Below, in pieces: positions 19,421-27,927 of a stretch of 64,000 bases of DNA. A program made the position numbers and the translations under genes. This stretch comes from an uncultured virus (IMG/VR IMGVR_UViG_3300022700_000241) (Duplodnaviria > Heunggongvirae > Uroviricota > Caudoviricetes): the IMG/VR virus record IMGVR_UViG_3300022700_000241; one strand, written 5' to 3'. Within the stretch, counting starts at the first letter, position 1. Each line of letters begins with the position of its first letter. The notes below the pieces were generated by a model. The model saw only the letters and a list, made by a program, of their open reading frames with translations, made no database searches and was not told the origin of the DNA.

Positions 19421-19493
19421 GCGTACTCGAACCTTCCCCCGCCAATCCCATAAGCGTGTGTGAACCGACCTCTCACGTGCCTACGCCGATGCC

Positions 19494-20288
19494 ATGCGCC
19501 GCTCTACGCACCTCCTCAAGCAGAACGCCAAGATCAAGCCCACCTCCGAAGTGCCCGACGGGATGAGCCAGTCCTTTGGCTTTGGCCCCAGCTTTGGCGG
19601 TGGGGGTGGGTTCAACTTCGGGTCCGGAGGCGGCTTCAACTTTGGCTCCGGGGGTGGCTTCAACTTTGGCTCTGGGGGCGGGGGCTTCAACTTCGGGTCC
19701 GGCGGGGGCGGGTTTAACTTCGGGCAGGGCGGCGGCTTCAACTTTGGCCAGAACAACTTCGGCTTCAACCAGGGCTTCGACTTCCAGCAGCAACAGCAGC
19801 AGTTCGGGTTTAACCCCGGAGGGCTGTTCGACCAGTCCGGCCAGTTCTCCTTCAACCCGAGCTTCCAGGTCGAGTCGCTCAACCAGAGCGCCTTTGGCGC
19901 GCAGTCCCCGTTTGGGGCCGGTGCCCCGCTCGCCTCCAGTGATAGCCCCAACCAGGGGGACGTGCCCGAATTTGGCGACTGGAAGGAGTTTGTGGCCTTC
20001 CTTTTTCGGAACGGCCCAGCCTGGGTGAAGGCGTTTAAGGAGGGCCGCATCTCCCCCCGCGGCGGCGCCTCGCGAAACGCTCCGTCGAGCAACCGGCGGG
20101 AGATCATCCAGCGCTACATGGCCCAACGCTCCCAGCAAATGAACCAGGGCGGCATCGGGGGTGGCGTCGGCGGATTCCTCACGTCAACAACCGGAATGCT
20201 CGTGATCGGCGGCGTGCTGTTTGGGGGAATCCTGCTTGCCGCTACGGCAGGCGGAAGCCAACGGCGCGTGGTTCGTCGCCGACGCTAA
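19494..20288 (+). CDS. FxFG-repeat low-complexity membrane-anchored protein (GLG-leader family)
   Basis: Basic leader ending GMSQ; six GFNFG units; Q/N/F-rich region; TM helix then RRVVRRRR. Confidence 0.85.
   Translation: MRRSTHLLKQNAKIKPTSEVPDGMSQSFGFGPSFGGGGGFNFGSGGGFNFGSGGGFNFGSGGGGFNFGSGGGGFNFGQGGGFNFGQNNFGFNQGFDFQQQQQQFGFNPGGLFDQSGQFSFNPSFQVESLNQSAFGAQSPFGAGAPLASSDSPNQGDVPEFGDWKEFVAFLFRNGPAWVKAFKEGRISPRGGASRNAPSSNRREIIQRYMAQRSQQMNQGGIGGGVGGFLTSTTGMLVIGGVLFGGILLAATAGGSQRRVVRRRR
19608..19749 (+). repeat. tandem coding repeat (GFNFGSGG) x6
   Basis: Units such as GGCTTCAACTTTGGCTCCGGGGGT with synonymous variation between copies. Confidence 0.9.
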
Positions 20289-20312
20289 TCAACCAACCAC
20301 ACTGCTGGCCCC

Positions 20313-21731
20313 ATGAAGCCGACTGCACGACTCGACCGTATCTCAACGCCAAGCCGATCCCCAACCGCTACAGGGCTCGGCCAGTCAACCTACGAGCTTT
20401 GGCACTACCACGACACGAAGGCGGCCAACGATGAGGCAATCTCAAGCACCGAGATTACCAACGCCTCCAACTACGTCCAGGCGAACACACAGTACCTCAA
20501 TGCCGTCGCCGAAAATGTCGTCGAGGTCGTGAACAACAACGGCGGCAACGCGCACCTCGAAGAGCGAGCCGTCGACCCCGGGAACCCTCCCTTTCTGCCG
20601 TACAAGGTGGCCGTCGTCGAATCTCCTGCCCCACGCTCGGACGTGGACTCTCTCATCTCCCAGATGATCGAGCAGGCGAAGCAAAAGGAGTACGACGTGC
20701 TCAACCAGAACGCGATGGAGGTTTTCTTCGAGAAGATCAAGAGCACGAAGACACAGCCTGTTGCGGAGGGCACCTGGGAGAATATGTATAACCCGAGGCC
20801 CCCATACGTCTACCCCAGCCCCACGCCGGTCGTCCAGTGGAAACAGGTGTCCGGGGAGCCCTCCGGCGAAAATGGAGGGGGCGACCCGAATGAGGATGGG
20901 GGCGGCTCTATGCCGAGCGTCGGCACCTTCGTGGTTCAGTCCGTGGAGGGCGGGCGGCTTATCGCCCGGGAGCAGTCTCCTCCCTCACAGCAGTTCAAGG
21001 ATCTTGGCGGCACAGTCCGGGTGACCGTTCTTCCGGATGACATCCAGATCGACCCGATTGACGACCCCATCGACGACCCGGTTTTTGACCCGCCAGACGA
21101 CGGGAACGGGGACGACGACGGCCCCGACGGGCCAACACCGATCCTGCAAGGCCTCTCTCAAGTGAGGTCTCGAAAGCCAACGATGCGGCTGCCCTCTCGG
21201 AGAAAATCGCAATCGCGCCCGCAGCGACGTGCCACTTCGGGGATAAGTGCAGGACTCGGACAGGGGAGCGTCAGCACGCACATGCTGACCGTGCCCGGCG
21301 GGTCAAACAACCTACGCTACCGGCCCGACGGACGGGTCGAGGTGAAGATCGTAGAGCCGATCCCTCAACCGGTCAAAGACGCCACCCGGCAAGGCGGTAC
21401 GGTTACGATGGTGGTCGAATCGGTCGGCTCCTCAAACGGCGGGGACAACGGTGATAATGGCGACAACGGTGATAATGGGGGCAACGGGAACGGGGATAAC
21501 GGCGGGGATGGCAATGGCGGAAACGGAGGGAATGGGGGCGGAAATGGCGGAAACGGAGGCGGCGGAAATGGAGGGGGCGGTGGAAACGGAGACGGCGGCA
21601 CTGGAACGGTCGTCGGCGGTCGCCAACCGACGGGCCAGCAGGCCGGAATCGTTCCGGGCGTCTCCAACGCCACGCTCGTGATCGGGGCCGCCGGGGTCCT
21701 CTCGCTAACAGTTATTGCAGCCTCAAGCTGA
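20313..21731 (+). CDS. GLG-leader / C-anchor family protein, multidomain, with internal second leader
   Basis: MKPTARL...TGLGQ leader; internal GLSQ and GLGQ; NGD/GGN linker; IVPGVSNATLVIGAAGVLSLTVIAASS anchor. Confidence 0.85.
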   Translation: MKPTARLDRISTPSRSPTATGLGQSTYELWHYHDTKAANDEAISSTEITNASNYVQANTQYLNAVAENVVEVVNNNGGNAHLEERAVDPGNPPFLPYKVAVVESPAPRSDVDSLISQMIEQAKQKEYDVLNQNAMEVFFEKIKSTKTQPVAEGTWENMYNPRPPYVYPSPTPVVQWKQVSGEPSGENGGGDPNEDGGGSMPSVGTFVVQSVEGGRLIAREQSPPSQQFKDLGGTVRVTVLPDDIQIDPIDDPIDDPVFDPPDDGNGDDDGPDGPTPILQGLSQVRSRKPTMRLPSRRKSQSRPQRRATSGISAGLGQGSVSTHMLTVPGGSNNLRYRPDGRVEVKIVEPIPQPVKDATRQGGTVTMVVESVGSSNGGDNGDNGDNGDNGGNGNGDNGGDGNGGNGGNGGGNGGNGGGGNGGGGGNGDGGTGTVVGGRQPTGQQAGIVPGVSNATLVIGAAGVLSLTVIAASS

Positions 21732-21753
21732 ACCGCATCAACCTAACGATCTC

Positions 21754-22734
21754 ATGACCCCCACGGCCAGAATACAAGGCCCAAAGTCCACCGCCTCGGG
21801 GCTTGGGTTGGGAGCCCTTTCCGAGTCAACAAAGCAGTGGATCCACTGGGACTTCACGAAGGTCAACCAGGACGAGTACGACAAAATGAAGGACATGACC
21901 GTCCCAGAGGGCGCGGTCTCCAGCACCCTTCCCCCATCGGACAAGATCACAGGCGTCGTCGCCGACGCGACCGCAGAGTTCATGCGCCAGAACCAGATAA
22001 GCCATACCATCAAGAGCCGCCAGCTTCAATGGTCCGCATTGGGGAAAACCGCCACGGTCAATGACAAGTGGGTGCAGGTCCCACAGATGAACCAGAGCGT
22101 TTTCGATACGATCTTGGAGGCGGTGAAGCCCAAGGTGAAAGAGGCCATCTTGAACCAGACGGAGATCGGCACAATCGACTTCGGGGACCACACCGATATA
22201 GTCGGGCTTGAAACCCCGCTACAGGATCTCGCAGACTTCTACTGGGAGTGGTGGCTTGAGGGGATTAACAGGAGCGGCACAAAGCTCCCAGCGAAAGCCA
22301 GCGGCTTTGACCGCGGGATCCAGCGGTATCTCATGATTGAGGTAGACAACTGGGGCGAATCTGGAGGAGGGGGCGGGGGTGGAGGTAGCGCAAACCTCGT
22401 TCGCGTTCGCATCAAGGCGGCAAGCCGCGGTGCGGTTGAGGCCCTAAAGTTGCAGTACATCCGGTCCGCTGGAGGGCAAACAGTCCGGTCAGAGGGACCC
22501 TTGACAATCATCGCAGACGTGCCTGCCGGTTCGGTTTCTTCGTTTCAAGACTTTAGCGGGGTCCGTTCCGTTACGCCACTGAACCAGGGCGGCGGCGGAA
22601 GTGGTGGGGGAGGTGGAGGCTGGGGAGGTGGAGGGTCCCGAGAGGCTGGAATCATTCGGGGCGTCTCGAACAGTACACTTGTAATCGGGGCCGCAGGCCT
22701 CCTCTCAATTACGCTCGTTGCTGCCTCTTCCTAA
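21754..22734 (+). CDS. GLG-leader / C-anchor family protein
   Basis: MTPTARI...SGLGLG leader; two poly-G linkers; IIRGVSNSTLVIGAAGLLSITLVAASS anchor. Confidence 0.85.
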   Translation: MTPTARIQGPKSTASGLGLGALSESTKQWIHWDFTKVNQDEYDKMKDMTVPEGAVSSTLPPSDKITGVVADATAEFMRQNQISHTIKSRQLQWSALGKTATVNDKWVQVPQMNQSVFDTILEAVKPKVKEAILNQTEIGTIDFGDHTDIVGLETPLQDLADFYWEWWLEGINRSGTKLPAKASGFDRGIQRYLMIEVDNWGESGGGGGGGGSANLVRVRIKAASRGAVEALKLQYIRSAGGQTVRSEGPLTIIADVPAGSVSSFQDFSGVRSVTPLNQGGGGSGGGGGGWGGGGSREAGIIRGVSNSTLVIGAAGLLSITLVAASS

Positions 22735-22746
22735 ACCTCGACTCCG

Positions 22747-23340
22747 ATGAAGCCGACAAGAAAGATTTCCGGCCATTCAACGTCTCGTGACGCCAACGGG
22801 CTCTCGCAGGCAAACACCTCGAAATACCCAGTGATGGAGATTTCTCCATCTGGGGGCGGGGCAAAGCTCACGCTCGAAACCTTCGAGTTCGTAGACCCGC
22901 TGTTCTCGGAATGGAGCCCCTCTAACGGGGGCCAGATTTCGATTGCCGTCGAGGGGCAACAGCCCGTCGTCCTTCCTGTCGAGGCGTCATCTGGGGCGAT
23001 CACAGGCCCCCTTGGAAACGGGATGACGGAGGTGATCGTCACGAAGCCAGTACCGCAGGGAATCCAATCTGCCGTAGGGGCACAGAACGTGATCGTAATG
23101 CCTGGGAAGGTCCAGGGAGCCGTTCCCCCATCGGAGTTCGGCACCTCCAACGGAGGGAGCGGTGGTGGAGGGAATGGAGGCGGAAATGGCGGGAGTGGTG
23201 GCGGCGGTGGCGGGGGCTTCCCTCCCGGCGGCTCCACCGGCGTTCAACGGTCAGAGATCATCCCCGGCGTCTCCAATACTGCCCTCGTCATTGCCGCCGG
23301 TACGCTTACGACCGCCACAATTTTGGCCGCAGCAAATTAG
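22747..23340 (+). CDS. GLG-leader / C-anchor family protein
   Basis: MKPTRKI...NGLSQ leader; poly-G linker; IIPGVSNTALVIAAGTLTTATILAAAN anchor. Confidence 0.85.
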   Translation: MKPTRKISGHSTSRDANGLSQANTSKYPVMEISPSGGGAKLTLETFEFVDPLFSEWSPSNGGQISIAVEGQQPVVLPVEASSGAITGPLGNGMTEVIVTKPVPQGIQSAVGAQNVIVMPGKVQGAVPPSEFGTSNGGSGGGGNGGGNGGSGGGGGGGFPPGGSTGVQRSEIIPGVSNTALVIAAGTLTTATILAAAN

Positions 23341-23741
23341 GGGTCGTATCCGCCAGAGCGCTCAAAGGAGAGGCTGTAGCGCTTGTCGCTGTCCTCCGTC
23401 GGTCCGACCGATCCGGTTACCGACCCGTTGTCGTTCACCTCGTAGAGGAATTTGCGCGCCTGCTGGATGGACTTCGGCGGACCCTCTCTGCGTAGCGCCC
23501 GCTCTCGCTGTTTGCCAGAAAGCTCGTCCCACCCCTTGATTTCTCGGCTTCCGAAGTCCGGGACCTTCGAGTCGTGACGGACGATCCAGAATCGCTCGTC
23601 GGTCCCGGCGCCAATTAGGTGCAGGCCTTTCCCGGGCATCCATAGGCTCCGCTCATACGCGCGGCCCAACCAGAACGAAAGAATGGCCCCGGCCACGAAA
23701 ACGACCGAGAACAGAAGGAAGGTTTGAGAGATCAGTTCCAT
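23337..23741 (-). CDS. hypothetical protein with N-terminal TM helix
   Basis: FLLFSVVFVAGAILSFWLG; stop overlaps the convergent plus-strand stop. Confidence 0.65.
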   Translation of the reverse strand: MELISQTFLLFSVVFVAGAILSFWLGRAYERSLWMPGKGLHLIGAGTDERFWIVRHDSKVPDFGSREIKGWDELSGKQRERALRREGPPKSIQQARKFLYEVNDNGSVTGSVGPTEDSDKRYSLSFERSGGYDP

Positions 23742-23851
23742 TTCGGTTTGGTCCTTTGATGATATAGCCCGCTGGTGGTACGGGCGCTTTTCTTACAGGT
23801 GCCCACTCCAAAAGAGTAGGCAAGAAACTTGCCATCGGGTTACCGCCCTCT

Positions 23852-24460
23852 TCATTCCGCCTTCGCGCTGGTGTTCTTCGGAAGAGAATCCCAGTCGTGA
23901 TCTTGCGGGTCGATGGACAGGTCCCGGTGTAGATCGGCAGGAGCCCCCCGAAACTTCTCGGCGTGAAGAAACTGGAGTCCGGCGTTTTTCGCGCAGCCGA
24001 AGTCCGCCTCCGAATCGCCGACGAAGATCGAGCGGTCCCAGTCCACGCGGAGGCTGTGATTCTCCCAGAGGCGTCGGTGCAGCACCGCGAGCCCGCCGTA
24101 TGCAGGTTTCCGGCAAAGCGACCGTGCGGAATAGGGGCCTACGCTCCCTCCCTCCATTAGAAAAACGGCGTACCACTCGTGAAAGGGCCAGCGGGTGCCG
24201 CGCTCTTCTCCAATCTGCCTCATGCGGTGGACCTCCCGGAGCATGTCATCGGGCGTTTTGTGACCGAAGGCGACGCCGCCTTGGTTCGTGAGCCCCAGGA
24301 TAACGTGCCCGTGGTTCCGGTGGTGCCAGAGCTTCTCGAACACGCCGTCGTAGAGCCGAACATGCTCGGGGTGGTTGATGAACTCTTTGCCCTCGGGAGG
24401 GTGGCGAATGGTGCCGTCGAAATCCGCGACTATCGCGGGAAAAAACAGGCCGTCACTCAT
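23852..24460 (-). CDS. HAD-IIIA family phosphatase (polynucleotide 3'-phosphatase/GmhB-like)
   Basis: DFDGTI, LTNQGGV, CRKP, FVGDSEAD...AKNAG. Confidence 0.9.
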   Translation of the reverse strand: MSDGLFFPAIVADFDGTIRHPPEGKEFINHPEHVRLYDGVFEKLWHHRNHGHVILGLTNQGGVAFGHKTPDDMLREVHRMRQIGEERGTRWPFHEWYAVFLMEGGSVGPYSARSLCRKPAYGGLAVLHRRLWENHSLRVDWDRSIFVGDSEADFGCAKNAGLQFLHAEKFRGAPADLHRDLSIDPQDHDWDSLPKNTSAKAE

Positions 24461-24944
24461 CGCTTTGGTTGGGGTTGTCCGGGTCAAACTCGTGTGGAAA
24501 CGTACCCATCGGGCGGGTCACTTCTTCCTCTTGAACTCTGTCGACATGCTTCGGGGTAGAGCCCATGTCCAGGAGGGTCAAGTCCTCCGGGTCTCGTCCG
24601 CCTGCAATGCCCTCCCGCAGGTTTTTCGCCCGCTCGTCGAGACTCTCCGCCTGCTTGCGCCGCGTTTCGGCTTTGTCGTGAAGGTGCTCTGCGTAGGCCA
24701 TCCAGGCATCGCTCTCGGTCTCATATAGAAAGTCGTCCGGGTCCTGGGGGCCGAAGGTGGTCGTGGCATTCGTGTCTGTATCCGGCTCACCGCCGTAGAA
24801 GTTCGACACCTTGAGCGGATCGGTTTCCACGACCATGACTGGCCGGGGGCGGACCGTCGAAAGGTACGGAGAGCGCCAGTTGCTTTCGTCATCTCCGCCG
24901 ATGCACCAGAGCAAGTCTCCCTCCTCCAGGTCTGTCTCATTCAT
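24453..24944 (-). CDS. hypothetical protein
   Basis: Acidic ORF overlapping the phosphatase start. Confidence 0.65.
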   Translation of the reverse strand: MNETDLEEGDLLWCIGGDDESNWRSPYLSTVRPRPVMVVETDPLKVSNFYGGEPDTDTNATTTFGPQDPDDFLYETESDAWMAYAEHLHDKAETRRKQAESLDERAKNLREGIAGGRDPEDLTLLDMGSTPKHVDRVQEEEVTRPMGTFPHEFDPDNPNQSDE

Positions 24945-25000
24945 GGCTTAAATTGTGTTATAGTCGAACCAGGGCGCAAAAATTGTGATAAACCTCAATT

Positions 25001-25543
25001 CTACTTCATCCCGTCGAGCTTTCCCCGGGGCCTCCACCGGCACCTCGCGAGCACGGTGCTCGCCCCCTCGGTCTCGTCCATCACGTGTACCGCGCCGTGC
25101 TCGATGAGAAGCCAGGAAAAGTGGGTAGGGGCCGGGAGCGTTCGGTCGGCGCCGTTGTGCTCAAATCCCGCATATCGGGATAGGACCTCTTTTGTCGAAC
25201 ACTCCCCGAATACCTGGACCTCGATGTCGTCGTAGGTGATGCCGACGTTGAGGTCAACCCTTCCCGGCACGAGGACCTTCGTGTCTATCGCGTTCGGCCC
25301 GGTGGGGGTGATCTGCGAGCCCCGGAGCGCCTTTACCTCCAGAGCAAGCTCGTAGGGCTCGTGCCTCCCATTCTCCGGCCCCTTCGCGAAAATGAGCAGC
25401 CCGTCAAACAGGCCACCCTCTACGCGAGAGCGGGCGGTCGGCACAATCCGGAGGCGGAGGTTTCTCGGGCGAATGGGGCCGTCGTACTCGTAGCCCTCTT
25501 CGTGGAGGTTCTCTTGAGCGTTATAGCTTGCCTGTGAGGACAT
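25001..25543 (-). CDS. hypothetical protein
   Basis: 180-aa ORF in minus-strand run. Confidence 0.6.
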   Translation of the reverse strand: MSSQASYNAQENLHEEGYEYDGPIRPRNLRLRIVPTARSRVEGGLFDGLLIFAKGPENGRHEPYELALEVKALRGSQITPTGPNAIDTKVLVPGRVDLNVGITYDDIEVQVFGECSTKEVLSRYAGFEHNGADRTLPAPTHFSWLLIEHGAVHVMDETEGASTVLARCRWRPRGKLDGMK

Positions 25544-25621
25544 GGCGGTCTTATCGGTAGGATAGGGCGTGTAAGGTAAAAGCGCGTGAGAGGGCGCGCG
25601 GGAGGCGGGTCAGCGGGGCAA

Positions 25622-26515
25622 TTAGTCACCGTTTGGGGACTGAACCGAATACTCCTTCTCCACGGTCCCGGCCTCCTCGGTACCCCGTTCGTGCGGTGGG
25701 CACCACACGTTGCCGGTGGTGTGCCCGAAAAGCGGGGCGTCCTCGGTGTACGTTTTGAAGTGGCCACGAACCTTATGTCGCGCCCGCTCGATGTTTGACT
25801 CCCCTTCACTGGACTCTTGGCGGACCTCTTCGCGAAAGGGTTCGATGTCTAAGCACTTGAAAGTCTGACCCGGATTTTGGCCCTTCGCCTTACGGTTCTC
25901 GCGGACGGCTTCCGCCTTGCTGTCCTCCCAGATGGTGACGTTCGGGGCGTGAGCAAGCGCAAAGCCGAAGAGTACCGGCACGAGCCGTCGGCAAAGGTGC
26001 CGTCGAGCCCTGCTTTCGCTACCTGCCGTATGGATAAAGGAGTCGGTCGGCATCGGGAAGAATTGAGCTTCCCGGTCGGAAACCAGTCGCCCATCTTCGT
26101 CAAGGAAGAGTAGGTTGGCGCCATCGTAGGTCCAGTCGTGACGCCCGTGGTCGGAAAAACACAGCACGGAGACGATGTTCTCGGCTTCCGGATTATCGAA
26201 GAGCCTCTCTACGAATCGGTCTTCGATTTCGCTTCGGAAGTGAGCAATTTCCTTCGGACCGGCAGATTCGAGAGTTTGCCCGTGCCGACCGACTGGGCCG
26301 TCAGGCACAGTCACGTACTCAACCCAACAGAAAAACCACGGGAGCCGAACGCGACCGAAATCCTCTCGAAGGTCTCCCGGAAAGTCATCGTGCTCCCAGA
26401 GCCACTTGTTGCAGGGCGTCACATCGACGGGCGTGACCTTCTCCCGAAACTCGTCCCACGGATCCACAAATAGCTCATCACAAATCTCATCTCCGTGTCT
26501 GGTAAGCATTCGCAT
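25622..26515 (-). CDS. conserved phage protein (HxxRGH family), paralog of 6260-7129
   Basis: Starts MRMLTR like its paralog; RARHKVRGHFKTYTEDAPLFG...WCPPHERG...VEKEY. Confidence 0.8.
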   Translation of the reverse strand: MRMLTRHGDEICDELFVDPWDEFREKVTPVDVTPCNKWLWEHDDFPGDLREDFGRVRLPWFFCWVEYVTVPDGPVGRHGQTLESAGPKEIAHFRSEIEDRFVERLFDNPEAENIVSVLCFSDHGRHDWTYDGANLLFLDEDGRLVSDREAQFFPMPTDSFIHTAGSESRARRHLCRRLVPVLFGFALAHAPNVTIWEDSKAEAVRENRKAKGQNPGQTFKCLDIEPFREEVRQESSEGESNIERARHKVRGHFKTYTEDAPLFGHTTGNVWCPPHERGTEEAGTVEKEYSVQSPNGD

Positions 26516-26526
26516 GGCAATAGAGG

Positions 26527-26811
26527 TTAGGTTCGTAGGGGCGGCTCGTAGTCGCTCCAGTCGACGGCACCTCTCTCGGAGCGCCAGTCGCAATCCTCGC
26601 ACTGGACGTAGTTGCCATCGCCCATTCGGACACGACCCCCACACTCCGGGCACCGGTCCAACGCCGGACGATACTCCTCTTTTTCGGGGCCGGTCCACCC
26701 GCTTCGCATCCGAAACGACTTCCACCGGAGGTTTCCGTTTGAGTCGTCGAGATATTCGATTCCGGTCAGCGGCGGAAGCTCGTGGCGCCTACTCAAGGGG
26801 AATCGGGGCAT
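26527..26811 (-). CDS. zinc-ribbon protein
   Basis: CPECGG...CEDC. Confidence 0.6.
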   Translation of the reverse strand: MPRFPLSRRHELPPLTGIEYLDDSNGNLRWKSFRMRSGWTGPEKEEYRPALDRCPECGGRVRMGDGNYVQCEDCDWRSERGAVDWSDYEPPLRT

Positions 26812-26813
26812 GA

Positions 26814-27272
26814 CTACGCGGCTTGCTTTTGGCTCTCAATGGTGGCCATTTCCGAGGCGCTCTTGCGGCGCTCGAACGCCGTTTGGATGTGCGTCGCGCG
26901 GTCCATCCCGGTTCGGCTTTCCCGGTAGTCGATTGCGGCAAAGTCGTTGACGAAAACCGGAAGCGGGTCCTTCGCCCGAATTGGAGCAAGGGCGAACGTG
27001 ATGCGCGTCCACGTCCAGGCGTCGGGGTCGCTGTCGCCCACGTCGATTTCGTAATAGTGCCCCGTCGCTCGGTCGAGGAGCGTCGCCTTGTGTCCCTTCT
27101 GTCGAACCTTCGGGTGGTCGGCCACGACACGCTCAATTCGCGAGGCAAGCATAGACGGGTCCTGGGGCTTCTCCCCCTTCATGTCCGCCGCAATCTTGCA
27201 CGTCGGAAGCTCCAGTTTGAGGTGGAAGCGCTCCTCGGAGGTCTTCGATTCTCGGTCCTGTGGGGAAAGCAT
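26814..27272 (-). CDS. hypothetical protein
   Basis: ORF tightly packed in operon. Confidence 0.6.
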   Translation of the reverse strand: MLSPQDRESKTSEERFHLKLELPTCKIAADMKGEKPQDPSMLASRIERVVADHPKVRQKGHKATLLDRATGHYYEIDVGDSDPDAWTWTRITFALAPIRAKDPLPVFVNDFAAIDYRESRTGMDRATHIQTAFERRKSASEMATIESQKQAA

Positions 27273-27297
27273 TGGGCTCGGTTGGTTGGTCCAGTTT

Positions 27298-27927
27298 CTA
27301 TCGGTCTAAGTGACCCTCGCGGAGCAGGTAGGAAAACGCCTCCTGGATCTTCCCCTTGCGGGACCCGGCAATGCCGAGGCGGAAGAGCGCGCCCATGATC
27401 GGCGGGCTCATGCCCGTCGCCCCCGTGGAGTGGAGCGTCTCGATGGCATCGGCGAGCCCTGGGGTTCGGTCCAGTTCCTTCTCCAGTCGCTCCTCGAACG
27501 AGAGGCGGTCGTGGAATCCGTAGTCCTCCTCCACGTCCCCACCGGCGCAGGTCCCGTCAACGCTTTCGCGGGCGCCCATCTGCGTGTCTTTCCCAACCTC
27601 GTAGTCGGTCAGGATGTCGTTGTACCACTCTTCCGGCCACTCGATTGCAAAGTCTCGGAGCCGACGCTTGATGGAGTCGGGCGTTTCCGCGCCGGACGCC
27701 GACGACTCGCTGGACGGGCCGTACCCTGCGGCATCGAGGTTCGAGTAGAGGGTTTCTACGTCCCGACCGTCGCGGCCATCGAGCCGGTAGATCACGAGAA
27801 AGAGGCGCTCCATTGGAGGGTCCCACCCGGCCACGACGCGGACGGGCGTTCCCTCCTCGGCGGGCGATTCCTCCATGCGAGACATCGAATCGGGACCGGT
27901 GTAGGCTTCAAAGCGGCGCTTGCTCAT
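27298..27927 (-). CDS. hypothetical protein (GWDxP...LYSNL type of mobile-element protein)
   Basis: VVAGWDPPMERLFLVI...LYSNLD. Confidence 0.6.
   Translation of the reverse strand: MSKRRFEAYTGPDSMSRMEESPAEEGTPVRVVAGWDPPMERLFLVIYRLDGRDGRDVETLYSNLDAAGYGPSSESSASGAETPDSIKRRLRDFAIEWPEEWYNDILTDYEVGKDTQMGARESVDGTCAGGDVEEDYGFHDRLSFEERLEKELDRTPGLADAIETLHSTGATGMSPPIMGALFRLGIAGSRKGKIQEAFSYLLREGHLDR

Noticed and set aside
21430..21600. NGD/GGN tract as collagen or a DNA-level functional repeat
   Set aside because: Short, Pro-free, irregular Gly periodicity; best explained as a flexible linker like the others in the family.
9836..23340. Leaders as type IV prepilin, Tat or RiPP double-glycine leaders
   Set aside because: No hydrophobic helix after the Gly, no SRRxFLK with h-region, no peptidase-ABC transporter or modifying enzymes nearby; cargo domains are large.
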